A DNA stretch of 64,000 nt, from NCBI RefSeq assembly GCF_963921235.1, contig NC_086107.1, positions 102,302,001 to 102,366,000 of the forward strand, read 5' to 3'. Source of the stretch: Mobula hypostoma. Lineage: Eukaryota. The position numbers were made by a program, and so were the translations under genes. This document shows, one piece after another, positions 12,638-25,230 of the stretch. The notes beneath the pieces were generated by a model, which saw only the letters and a list, made by a program, of their open reading frames with translations, was not told the origin of the DNA and did no database searches. Within the stretch, counting starts at the first letter, position 1; every line of letters starts with the position of its first letter.

Positions 12638-13077
12638 GTTGTTCGTCCATCGTTGTCATCGATGAAGACCTCAACACCATTGATGGTGTCGAGACTAGCA
12701 CATGATTTGGATTTAAGTGAGGGAGAGATGCACAGCCTCACTCTCTCTTCCCAATTCCCATCTGGATCCAGTGGCAAGACAGAGTCCAGACGACTGGAGA
12801 TGGGACTAGGCGCAGTGGATGACCAGGATGTCTTCTGTGTCTTGTCCTGCTCTACATGTTCCACGACGCTTGCAGAAACCGCCTTCTTGACCGTTGGACC
12901 TTCCATTGGTCTCGTCCGCTCAATCCGCCAGAGTCTATCTTCACATGCTGGGATAGACATCTCCCTATCTCACCGAGGGTTTGAGGCCCGTCAGCTACCC
13001 TCACCTGGTTAAGCCAGCTTGTCGAAGCTGTTGCCCGGGGTGTGGCCGCTGTTGCATGCAAACAGCTACGGGGAGCA
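12638..13077 (-). mobile_element. RTE-derived non-autonomous element (RTE-SINE-like)
   Basis: Short (AAC) tail on minus strand; ggatttaagtgagggag...cagcctcactctctc...ccagtggcaagac motif recalled from RTE SINEs. Confidence 0.6.
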
Positions 13078-13094
13078 ATAGAATACACTTAGTG

Positions 13095-13858
13095 CAACAC
13101 ACATCAAAGTTGCTGGTGAACGCAGCAGTCCAGGCAGCATCTCCAGGAAGAGGTACAGTCGATGTTTCAGGCCGAGACCCTTTGTCAGGAATAACTGAAA
13201 GAAGAGCTAGTAAGAGATTTGAAAGTGGGAGGGGGAGGGGGAAATCCGAAATGATAGAAGACAGGAGGGGGAGGGATGGAGCCAAGAGCTGGACAGTTGA
13301 TTGGCAAAAGGGGATATGAGAGGATCATGGGACGGGAGGCCTAGGGAGAAAGAAAAGGGGGAGGGGGGAAAAACCCAGAGGATGGGCAAGGGGTATAGTG
13401 AGAGGGACAGAGGAGAAAAAGGAGAGAGAGAAAAAGAATGTGTGTATATAAATAAATAAATAACGGATGGGGTACGAGGAGGAGGTGCGGCATTAGCGGA
13501 AGTTTGAGAAGTCAATGTTCATGCCATCAGGTTGGAGGCTACCCAGACGGAATATAAGGTGTTGTTCCTCCAGCCTGAGTGTGGCTTCATCTTTACAGTA
13601 GAGGAGGCCGTGGATAGACATGTCAGAATGGGAATGGGATGTGGAATTAAAATGTATGGCCACTGGGAGATCCTGCTTTCTCTGGCGGACAGAGCGTAGG
13701 TGTTCTGCGTCAGGTCTCGCCAATATATAGAAGGCCACATCGGGAACTCGCCAATATATAGAAGGCGGCAACTTTTATGTGTGTTTCACCAGCAACTTTT
13801 ATGTGTGTTGCTTGAAATTCCAGCATCTGCAGATTTCCTCGTGTTTGTGTTTTTGAAC
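13095..13858 (-). mobile_element. 5'-truncated Penelope element with inverted terminal piece, 10-bp TSD
   Basis: TSD acacttagtg at 13085-13094 and 13859-13868; GIY-YIG C-terminus in ORF 13493..13771. Confidence 0.9.
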
Positions 13859-14334
13859 ACACTTAGTGGCTACTTTATTAGGTAAGGGAGGTACAATGAA
13901 ATCTACATGCTTGAGTTAGCAACCAACACACCCAAGTATGTTTTGGGGAGGCAGCCTGCAAGTGTTACCACACATTACATCGCCTGCCCACAATGTTCAA
14001 CAACACAACACAGCGCAAGCAACAGAAGAAAAAGATAGCTCAGACAGCCTAGTAACCTGGTCCAAGCTTACAAGTTTCCAAAGAGATTTTTTTTCCTAAA
14101 AGCATGAAGGGCAACTCAGAAGGCAGAATTGAAAAGCTAAAAGAGAAGAAAAAACAGGATTCCAGAAATCTTAAGTTGAAAAGCAGAATTTGGCGGGGAT
14201 ACTCACAATATCAGGCACATCTCTGGAGGGAGAAACAAAGTTGACGTTTTGGGTTGATGACTATTCATCAGCTTCAGTTCTATCGTCAGAACTATTACTG
14301 TTTTACTAACCCCAGGCATTTCGATTGAATTCCC

Positions 14335-14620
14335 ATGGCAGGGATATTGAAAACAAGAAGGTAGAGGTTTGAAGTGAGGGGAATGAGCTTTAAAGAGGGA
14401 CGGAGGAGAACATTTTGTTTACAAGTCGGCAGAGAGTGGTTGATGTCTGTAACATGTTGCCAGAGGCGGTGGTGGAATCTGATACAGTTACTATGTTTAA
14501 GAGGCATTTAAACAGACACTTAAATAAATAAAACTTTAGTAGTTTATGATACTAGTCAAGGCAAATGGCGTGAGAGTAGATAGGCAAAAAAGGCAGCATG
14601 ATCGTAGAGAGCTCAAGGGC
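14335..14620 (+). mobile_element. CR1 3' fragment
   Basis: KTRR.RFEVRG-type remnant and CR1 3' UTR. Confidence 0.65.
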
Positions 14621-16944
14621 CCTGTACGACTACAGGGCTCCAATTGGTCAGAATAGTTACTTCCAAGACCATTGAAAAGTCGGGTGACAGGATGTCTATT
14701 TTCAAAGTAGAGAACCACTTCATTGTAACTTTCCCCAACGTGAACAGAGTAACAAAACCCGTGAATGCACCAAATTCATCCCCTTCTGTGTGTTGAAGTG
14801 ATTTCAGGCTGGGCAATAGAGGTCCTTAGACCATTTTTACAAAAAGCAGCACAGCTAGCCTTTTGGAGATTGAGGAAAATGTTCTTTGATACTGAGCAGT
14901 AAGTAGATTTATTTAAGCTTTCTGAGTGCGGGGGCTGGTGAGGTATTGAATGGTATTTAACTGCAAAAATAACAGATTTACACCTAACTTTACAAAAGGA
15001 GAAAATGTGTGTAGTCAAGGGCATCCCCTACATCTCCTGAAAGATAAATCCTATGTTATAGTAGTCACGTTTCTTTCACTAGTTCGAACATCTGCACTGC
15101 TGCAAGCTATGCCTTTGAGAGGTATGGGTTCACCCATACAGCAGTGGACGGGAGAGCAGAGTGGGGGCTGAGGGAGGGGACCACAGGTGGGTTCTGATGT
15201 GGACTGAACGGTGAAAAGTGCAGCAAGTTAGGGGAAATGTTTACCGGTTTTGTGCAACTTTCGATGTAGTGAAAGTATAACAGTCACACAAATGCAAAAG
15301 GATCAAATCTGATCTAATCAAAGCTTGAGGAAAGCCAGCAGAGTAATGTGGCCACATCAATCATCCTCGGCACACCACTTCAAACAGATTCAGAGCTTAC
15401 ACTCAAGGCGTCACGGTTAAAGAAGCCTTCACACATTTGCAAAATGAATGTTCGAGCGGCATATAATAAACGCCCGCTGAATGCATTGCCTATTCAAAGC
15501 ACGCAAGCATCTCTAAATGTTAAATACACGCAACAATTTGGATGCAATACCCGGAACAAAAACAATTCGAAGATCATTTAAAGCTAGTGTATCCGTTGAT
15601 AAAAATCAGCCCGATGTTGGAGGCGGGGCTGTGCACATGACTGGGCTCACAGCAAGCAGAGGATTACAGCAACTACAACTTATAGTGAGAAAAAAAAGAT
15701 CTATCTAAAGGGTGGAGGAGAGAAAACCTGAGATGTAAACTGTAGCAGCTTCCTCCAATAAAAGCAGGGTAATTTCTCCAGAATAAAAATGGAATATGGT
15801 AGGTTGCTAGATGCAGACTGTGGGCATGTAAAACTACCAACAGTCATTCACAGTAGTGTGGTTCCCAGAGATAAACAGCTGGGGAATTATCCATTGATCT
15901 TTCCATTCTGACTAGGAATAGTCACTGAACACAGTATGTTTGGAAACGGAACAGGATTGAGATTTTAAGCACTGTTTCCAAGATTACCACAGCGAGCCAA
16001 TAAGATGGGACTGCCATTCCATTGGGACACCAAACATCATTTTTTTCCCAATACATTTGCTGAATTATCAGAATGGCTTCCATTCATGTCTGCAGTAGTT
16101 CCCACTTCTAAACCATCTGTGTGTGGTTCCACTACCTCAAGGCATGGTTTCTTGGATGCCTTTTTAGTTGTCTCAATCCTGAGCATCGTACTTCAGTAAC
16201 GATGTCAAGGGATGGTAGTAACTGACACTGGGGTCCATGGTAATGTGGAAACTTGATAAATTACAATAGTTCCCTTCAGAGAAAAGCTTAGGGAAAAAGG
16301 GAGGTGGCACACAAGAATTACAACCGGAAGCAGATCAGCCATGATCACATTGAAGATAGGGTAGCCTTGAGGGGCTGAATGGCCTATTCCTACTCTTATT
16401 TTCTGACGTGTTCAAAATCAGGAAAGGTTTTGATCGTTAATAAGGAGAATCAGAGTGATTAGGGTTAGGATGCTGATAGAAATTTACAAAATTAATAGAG
16501 GCATAGATAATTTTTTTATCCTTATGGTCAAAAAGTCAAATGATACTGGGCATGCATTAAAAATCAGAGGGAGTGGCATGATGTCTCAGGTGTGCCAAGG
16601 ATGGTACAGGAGGCACATCCAATAGACGCATCTAAGAGGCTCTTAGATAGGCATGTAAATCAATTTGGCACCACATCATGGGCCGAAGAACTTGTTTCTG
16701 TGCTGCACTGTTCAATGTTCGAATCTGCTTCCAGTGAAAAGATGTTCAGTAACCACAAGGCAAAGATTCAAAGGAACTTGCTTCAAACAGGAGGAAAACT
16801 ACCTCCCCCACCCCACCCCACGAAGTTTGCTGAGTTTCAATGAACTGAAATCGAAGAAGAAGAAAGCCCTTAACTCCGAGAGGAGTCATTGGGATGCCGT
16901 CATGACTGCGTTTTTTTTTAAAGCAGGCTTTCTTATTTTTATGA

Positions 16945-17070
16945 AGCTGAGTTGCTAGCTCGACACTCAACCCAGCACGGATGGAAAGCGTGCAAGGGAG
17001 CTGGCTGGATTTGAACTCAGGAGCCTTCACTCCGAAGTACGGCACTGATGTCACTAGGCCAACTGCCGGC
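16945..17070 (-). mobile_element. Short tRNA-headed SINE
   Basis: Minus-strand A box (tggcctagtga) and B box (gagttcaaatcc); related head at 38205-38360. Confidence 0.6.
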
Positions 17071-18344
17071 ATGAACTGAAATACATTACCCAAAAACGTT
17101 GATTAAATTGATTCAGCAGTAACTTTTACAAAAGGTGATCTATTTATAATTGATCTATATTTGTAAATACTGTAGATTAATTAGAAACAATATCAGGGAC
17201 ACATATAATGGGAATGTGAGTGTGGATAATGACAAAATTACAAAGATCATGCTTGGGCAGTAGGACAAATGATTTTCTCTGCTGCATTATCTTTGCCACA
17301 CCAGCTCCAACACCACCCACCTTGGTCTCTTCTACCCGGTTTCAGCATCTTTCTCAGAACTCCTCCATCCTACTACAACTTCATTCAGTCGAGATGTGAT
17401 CTAGAACACAGTGTCCCTGCAACACTGTCCACGCTCCCTCTCGATTGCAGCAATGCCTCTACACTTGGAAACTCCGCACCCCCTCACCAATACTACTTCG
17501 GTTACAAAAAGCTCCCTCAAAAAGGGTGAAAGGTGTGGAGTGGAACTTAGTTTGGGAGAGAAGCATGGAAGAAATTTAGCACAATTTGGTAATACCATAT
17601 GAATAACAGATTAAGCATCCAAGTCAGCATACTGCAACTTAACATAGCTAGCAGCTTTATATAATTGTTGTTCTGATCTAATCAGAGATTTTCTGAGCTT
17701 ACTGTAGACTAATGTAGGCTGAAACCGAGCCGACAGGTATTATGCACCATCTGTATTGTAATCATTTGAATCTGTAGTTCCTAATATTTGGGTTTTCTAA
17801 ATTGAATTGGTTTACTCAAATTCTAATGCTGTTATGTCCTTCTCTATTTTTATAAATTAAGCCCCAAGTACAAGTTCTAATTTCACAACTTACTAATTTC
17901 AATGACATTAAGCTAAAAGTACAGACATATTAACCATTCTGCCCCTTTTCTTGGCCTTGACCAACATTAAGGCGGCCACATTTTGGAAATGAAGTGTTCC
18001 TTCTTCAGAACTGCTATGCAAAATTGCCACTTAGTATACTAACAAACTTGTTAGTATCATGACCATAGCCATTACAACTTCATTCTTGACAGTATTCTGT
18101 GAAAATGATTAGATTTCAGTCGGAATAGTCTGAACCACTGCTCTTAACTGGGAGGGCTGGAATAGACAGAGGGTCCCCCAAGGGCAAATGACAGCTCACA
18201 AACCACACTAAACTCTTTGCATAGTTGAAACATAGTTGTCAGAAGTTCAAATAAGCAACACCCTGTAACTTTGGCCATTGTAGTGCCACATGCGTGTTTT
18301 GTATTTTTGGACAAGTAGACATTATTGAACCCAACATTTGCCAA

Positions 18345-19060
18345 GATAGAAGACCATAAGGTGAAAAGATATAGGAGCAGAAATGGGCCATATGGCCCAT
18401 CAAGACTGCTCCACCACTTCATCAAGGCTGATCCAATTTTCCTCTCAGCCCGAATCACCTGCCTTCGCCCCGTATCCCTTCATGCCTTGACCAATCAAGA
18501 ATCTATCAACCTTTGCCTTAAATATACATAATGACTTGGCCTCCACAGCTGCCTGTGGCAACGAATTCCACAGATTCACCACTCCTTACCTAAAGAAATT
18601 CCTCTTATTCTCTGTTCTAAAAGGACTCCCCTCTATTCTGAGGCTGTCCCCTCTGGTTTTAGAGACCCACACCATAGGAAACATCCTCTCCACATCCACT
18701 CTATCAAGGCCTTTCACCATTCGATAGGTTTCATTGAGATCACCCTTCATTTTTCTGAATTCTAGTGAACACAGACCAGAGCCATCAAACACTCTTCATG
18801 TGATAAACCATTCAATCTGGAATCATTTTCATGGACCTCCTTTGAACCCTCTCCACATCCTTTCTCAGATAAGAGGCCCAAAACTGCTCACAATACTCCA
18901 AGTGAGGTCTCACCAGTGCTTTATCAAGTCTCAACATTACATCCTTGCATTTACATTCTAATCCTCTTGAAATGAATGCTCACATTGCATTTGCCTTCCT
19001 CACCACAGGGTCAACCCTTCTAGTTCTTCCACCAAAGTGCAAGACCATACACTTCTCAAC
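18345..19060 (-). mobile_element. CR1 LINE 3' fragment
   Basis: ORF SLEFRKMKGDLNETYRMVKGLDRVD; (TCTTATGG)-type tail. Confidence 0.85.
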
Positions 19061-19585
19061 CCTGTGCTGAGAGAAAATGCTGGCAACACTCAGCAGGTCA
19101 GGGCAAGTGAAATGTTTCATGTCTCAGACCCTTCAGCAGAAGAGGGTCAGGACCATTCTGACAAAGCATCTCAGATTTGCAGTGTTAACTGTTTCACTCT
19201 GCACAGCTCTGCCTGACCAGCTGAAGGCTTCCAGCTTTTACCGATTATTGCATATTTCCAGCACTAAACGCTCAGAGTAGAGAAGGTGCATTTCTTTTGG
19301 CACTGAGAAGCTCGGATCTATGTGTGTTGAGTAACAAAGAAGCCCAGTGTAAATGTACACACACTATACATCCACAAAAAGGAATCTTGTGCCTCACTCT
19401 TGACAAGATCCACTAGAGTAGAAACAAGTTATGCTGTGACAAGGAAGAGGGGAACTGAGATAATGGGGGGCATACCAGGGGAGAGGTAAAAGAGAAAAGG
19501 GGACGAGAACCCCATCATCAGAGATCCTCACCACCCAGGTCGTGCTCTTTACTCACTGCTGTCATCAGGTAGAAGGTACAAGAGC

Positions 19586-21960
19586 CATAAGACCATAAGA
19601 TATAGAAGCAGAAGTAGGCCATTCAGCCAGTCGAGTCTGCTCCGCCATTCAATCATGGGCTGATCTAATTCTTCCAGTTATCCCCACTCCCCTGCTTTCA
19701 CCCCATACCCTTTTGATGCCCTGGCTAATCATGAACCTATCTATCCCTGCCTTAAATACACCCAATGACTTGGCCTCCACAGCTGCTTGTGGCAACATAT
19801 TCCACAGATTTACCACCTTCTAACTAAAGTAATTTCTCCGCATCTCAGTTCTAAAAAGACGTCCTTCAATCCTGAAGTCGTGCCCTCTTGTCCTAGAATC
19901 CCGTACCATGGGAAATAACTTTGCCATATCTAATCTGTTCAGGCCTTTTAACATTCTGAACGTTTCTATGAGATCCCCCCTCATTCTCTTGAACTCTAGA
20001 GAATACAGCCCAAGAGCTGCCAGACGTTCTTCATACAGTAACCCTTTCATTCCTGGAATCCTTCTCACAAATCTTCTCTGAACCCTCTCCAGTGTCAGTA
20101 TATCCTTTCTAAAATAAGGAGCCCTAAACTGCACACAATACTCCAAGTGTGGTCTCGTGAGTGCCTTATAGAGCCTCAATATCACATCCCTCCTCTTATG
20201 TTCTATACCTCTAGAAATGAATGCCAACATTGCATTCACCTTCTTCACAACTGACTCAACCTGAAGGTTAACCTTTAGGGTACCTTGCACAAAGACTCCC
20301 AAGTCCCTTTGCATCTCTACATTTTGAATTCTCTCCCCATCTAAATAATAGTCTGCCTGTTTATTTCTTCCACCAAAGTGCATGACCATACATTTTCCAA
20401 CATTAATGCCTCATCGTTAATGCCTCCGCAATCTCTCCAGCTACTTCCTTCAGAACCTGAGGGTGCAATCCATCAGGTCCAGGAGATTTATCCGCCCTCC
20501 TGAGCACCTTCTCAGTCGTAATTTTCACTGCACAAACTTCCCTGACACTCTTGAATGTCCAGTATACTGCAGACGTCCTGTGAAGATTGATGCAAAATAC
20601 GCATTCAGTTCCTCTGCCATCTCTGCATCTCTCATTACAATATCTCCAGCGTCATTTTGTACTGCTCCTATATCTACCATCAACTCTCTTTTACCCTTTG
20701 TATACTTAAAAAATCTTTAAGTATCTTCTTTGATATTAGTCACCAGCTTCCTCTCATAATTCATCTTTTCCTTCCAAATTACCTTCTTAGTTTTCTTCTG
20801 CAAGTTTTTGAAAGCTCCCCAATTCTCTATCTTCCCACTAGCTCTGGCTTCCTTGAATGCCCTCTCTTTTGTTTTTACTTCGGCTCTGACTTCACTTGTC
20901 AGCCACGGTAGAGTCCTTCTTCCCTTAGACATATTCCAAATAAGAAAAAATTTTCAGTCTTGCACTTCCCTCATTTTTCGCAGGAACTCCAGCTATTGCT
21001 GCTCTGCTGTCTTTCCTGCAAACGTCCCTTTCCAGTCAACTTTGGCCAGTTCCCCTCTCACGTCATTGTAATTCTCTTTATTCCACAATACCGACACATT
21101 GGATTTTATTTTTTCCCTCTCAAATTTCAAGGTAAACGCGATCATATTGTGATCACTGTTCCCAAAAGGTTCTTTAATCTTAAGCTCTCTTATCACCTCC
21201 GGATCATTGCACAACACCCAATCCTACACAGCTGATCCCCTAGTGGACTCAACAACAAACTGTTCTAAAAAGCCATCCCTTAGACATTCTACAAATTCCT
21301 TCTTGAAGTCCAGTACTGACCTGGATTTCCCAATACACTTTCATGTTAAAATCCCCAATGATAGATAGATAGATAGATAAATAGATATACTTTATTGATA
21401 CCGAGGGAAATTGGGTTTCGTTACAGCAGCACCAACCAAGAATAGAGCATAAATATAGCAATACAAAAACCACAAACAATCAAACAACAATATGCAAACT
21501 ATGCCAGATGGAAATAAGTCCAGGACCAGCCTATTGGCTCAGGGCGTCTGACCCTCCACGGGAGAAGCTGCAAAGTTCGATGGCCACAGGCTGGAACAAC
21601 CTCCCGTGCCGCTCAGTGTTGTATCTCGGTGGAATATGGCCGCAGTCCAACAGCAAAAAGTTCAATATCCGGTCTACAAACACGTTCCTCGATCATAATA
21701 TAACCAGGATTGCACTATCGGTTGTTAACCAGAACAGTGAGCACCGAACTCCTTTACGCTTACCACTCTCAGTGGACTTCCGGTCAGCCCGAACGGTCTG
21801 GAAGCCCTCCATGGAAAAGTTTTGATTGGGTATGTCCTCATGCAGCCCCGTTTCAGTAAAACATATAACAATGCACTCCCGAAATGTTCTCTGACTCCTG
21901 GCTAGCGCCGTCAACTCGATTATCATGATATTGGCTTTCTGACATGCTTTTTATATCTCT
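19586..21960 (-). mobile_element. CR1 LINE with internal deletion (endonuclease and RT remnants)
   Basis: ORF 19820..20389 (LYKALTRPHLEYCVQF...RGDLIETF), GNSDHN and IGDFN motifs, (ccataaga) tail. Confidence 0.9.
21360..21918 (-). mobile_element. Internally deleted Rex1-type element nested in CR1
   Basis: Endonuclease N-terminus (CFTETGL...RADR) joined to the extreme 3' end; (CTAT)n tail. Confidence 0.75.
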
Positions 21961-23659
21961 CTAGCCCCAGGACTAGCACCACCAGGTTCAATAACAGTTA
22001 CTACCCCTCAACATCAGACTCCTGAACAAAAGGTGATAACTACACTCACCCATTGAGATGTTCCTGCAATCAATGATCTCACTTTATGGACTCTTTATCT
22101 TGTTATTTTATGCCCTTGTTATTTATTGGTATTTATTTATATTTGCATTTGGACAATTTGTTGTCTTCCATGCTCTTGATCTTCTATTGATCCTATTATA
22201 GTTACTATTCTATATACTTGCTAAGTGTTCCCACAGGAAAATGATCTCAGGGTTGTATGTGGTGACGTTTATGTACTCTGATAATAAATTGAACTTTGAA
22301 GGACAAGGAAGTGAAGACAAGGGCTAAGATGTAATGGTGATAAAGAATTAGCTATAAGATAGAAACTGTTTAGATTTTTTACCCTATAAATTTTGGAAAA
22401 GTAGACTATTAACAATAGAGGTGCTTTTGTAAAAGTTAAGTGTGTGTCTAATCTTTTGAACCACTGAATATTCTTGTTCGTCTACCAAAGGCCGGTAGAT
22501 TTCGCCACTCCAGCTTACTTTATTAAAATTTATCTTGTAATGTATATTATTTTGAACATTACTATTTTTCCTTTTTTTTTTAAAAAAAAAAGCTAGATTT
22601 GTTATTGTTACAAGCTCCTCTCTGAAATCACAATAACTGCCTGATCTAACTATTCATCTCAAGAAGTGCCCAAGCATCTGAATCTTGCTTGATCCACTCC
22701 ATTCTCCATGTAGACATGCACGTTATTGAACAATGAATACACTGCAACAAAAGGCCAGGTGGATTATACTTAACCTGCTGAATATTTCCAGCATTTTCTG
22801 TTTTACTTCAGCAATATAACAGCATCTTTAATAATTGACTATGAAAACAGATAAGGCTGGAAAAACTCAGCAGGTCAGGCAGCACCCATGGAAAAAGAAA
22901 CAGCCAATGTTTCAGCTGAGTTTCTCCCCAATAGCTGCAATTTTTTTTGAAAAACTTCTTGATTTATTGTTCTCTCTGTACAGTCACCATATTCAACACA
23001 CTAGAGTCAGAGGTTACAAGTACCAGGAAAATTGATCAGGTTGATTTCTAAGGAGGACTTCAAACTACATAGAGGTGAAGGGCATGGATGCACTGAAGTA
23101 TTTTAAGGAAAATAGAATATGTGGTTGCATTAATAGGACCAATTAAAATGGGGGAGGGGAGAGGGAAAGAGGGGAGGGGGAGATTTGTGTGTATGTTTGG
23201 TCAGGTGTAATTGAAAAAGACAATTGTACCCTGTAAAAGAGAGATGGGAAGACGGCACAGCTTAGAGAGGGGCTCCGCAATACCCACAGGCAACATTTAT
23301 TACACTCTTTGCAGACTTTCACTCGCCAAACCTTTCCAAGTTTACTGTTTCCAGATGACTTGTCTACACTCTTTAAAACCCCATATTTCACATTCTGGTT
23401 TTCTTTGCTCCCTTTTGTACTACCTTGATGGATTGACCTGCCTGGACAACATGCCAACAAAACCTTATCACTCTATCTTGGTACTAATCAGAACAGTACA
23501 GCAGAGAAACAGGTCATTTAGCTCACAAGGTCAGTGCTGACCATGATGCCAATTTAAACTAATCCCATCTACCTACACATGGTCCATACCTCTCTATTCC
23601 CTGCCTGGTTATGTCTATCTAAACGCCTCTGGTTCCACCACCTCTCCTGGAAGTGTATT

Positions 23660-25230
23660 CTGTCAGGTAAAGTTAGAGGTGGTGGCATTTGCTTCATGAT
23701 TAACTCATTGTGGTGCACAGACATGTGCATTCTGTCTCAGTCCTGCTCCCCCGACCTGGAACGTCTGGCAGTCAAGTGCTGGCCATTCTATCCACCGAGG
23801 CAGTGCTCCGTCATCATCCTGGTAAGAGTGTACATTCCTCCTCTGGCCAACGTCAGGAGGAGCTGAGCACGGTGATCAACAGTCATCAGACAGCACCCTG
23901 ATGCCTTCCTGATCATTGCAGGGGACATCAACCAGGCCAGCATGAAGTCTCTGATCAACTACCAACACATCATCTGCTGAACCAGAGGATCGAACACACT
24001 TGACCACTGTTACATCACCATCAAGAATGCTTACCGTTCCATCCCAATTCAATTCACTGTCTGATCACCTGGCTGCACTTCTACTCCTGGCATACAGTCA
24101 GCGACTGAGGAGCACTGACAGGACCACTTTGAACAGCTGCACCGGATAACATTCAGGGGTTCATCTTCACATTGAATGAATATGCAACAGTTGTCACCGA
24201 CTTCATTAAGACCTGTGAGATAAATGCGTGCTTTCGAGGATATACCCAAAACGGAAGTCGTGGATCAACTGTGAGATTTGTAGTCTGCTGAGAGCTAGAT
24301 TTGCAGATTCAAGACTGGTGATCCAGAACTCTCCAAGAAATCCAAGTACGACGTACAGAAGGCCATTTTAAGAATGAAAAAGCAATTCCAAGTTATCTTA
24401 CAGTCAGAGCTGGTTGTACGTCAGCTACAGCAGAATTTGCAGGCTATTACTCTCTAAAAGGCAAAAGCTATCATAAATGAATGCGAACAACAGGAGTTCT
24501 GCAGATGCTGGAAATTCAAGCAACACACATCAAAGTTGCTGGTGAACGCAGCAGGCCAGGCAGCATCTCTAGGAAGAGGTACAGTCGGCGTTTCAGGCCG
24601 AGACCCTTCGTCAGGACTAACTGAAAGAAGAGTTAGTAAGAGATAGTAAGATGAGATGCTGCCTGGCCTGCTGCGTTCACCAGCAACTTTGATAAATGAA
24701 TGCGATACTTCACTCCTGATGGAGCTAAACACCTTTTATGCATGCTTTGAAAGGGAGAATACAACTGTATCCATGCCATTACTTGCAACATCTGGCAATC
24801 CTGTGGTATCTGTCTCAGAGCCCAACATCAGAACATCTTTCAAGAGTGTGAACTCTCACAAGGTGCCAGGCCACAATGGTGTATCTGTCAGGGCACTGAA
24901 AACCTACGCCAACCAACTAGAGGGAGTATTTAAGGATATCTTCAACATCTCACTGCAGCAGTCAGAAATTCCTACCAGCTTTAAAACAGTATCAATCATT
25001 CCAGTGCCCAAGATGAGCAGCATAAGCTGCCTCAACGACTACTGCCCAGTTGCACTCACATCTACTGTGATGAATTAACTTCTACTTGTACAAAGAACTG
25101 GACCTGTTGCAATTTGCCTACTGCCACAATAGGTCTATAGCGGAAGCGATCTCACTGGCTCTCCACTCAGCCTTGAACCAGCTGGACAAGAGCTATACCC
25201 ACATCAGGCTGCTTGTTGATTTTAGGTAAG
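23660..25230 (+). mobile_element. Rex1/Babar LINE endonuclease-RT fragment
   Basis: RGGGICFMIN, VYIPP, IIPVPK..CLNDYCPVALTS motifs. Confidence 0.85.
24487..24691. mobile_element. Mini foldback Penelope terminal-repeat insertion, 14-bp TSD
   Basis: TSD ataaatgaatgcga at 24473-24486 and 24692-24705; ~40-bp inverted repeat. Confidence 0.9.

Larger units (their letters stand above)
11497..13895 (+). mobile_element. Internally deleted Tc1/mariner element hosting three younger insertions
   Basis: Starts tacactcagtggccac; decayed N-terminal transposase GMIVG..SISEIADLLGFS at 12280-12630; terminus motif recurs at 13859-13885. Confidence 0.7.
19500..22300 (+). mobile_element. Rex1-type 3' fragment split by CR1 at 19586-21960
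   Basis: SGRRYKS|PRTSTTRFNNSYY continuity; AGCC at both junctions. Confidence 0.7.

Noticed and set aside
21360..21390. (GATA)n microsatellite as independent feature
   Set aside because: It is the tail of the nested Rex1-type element
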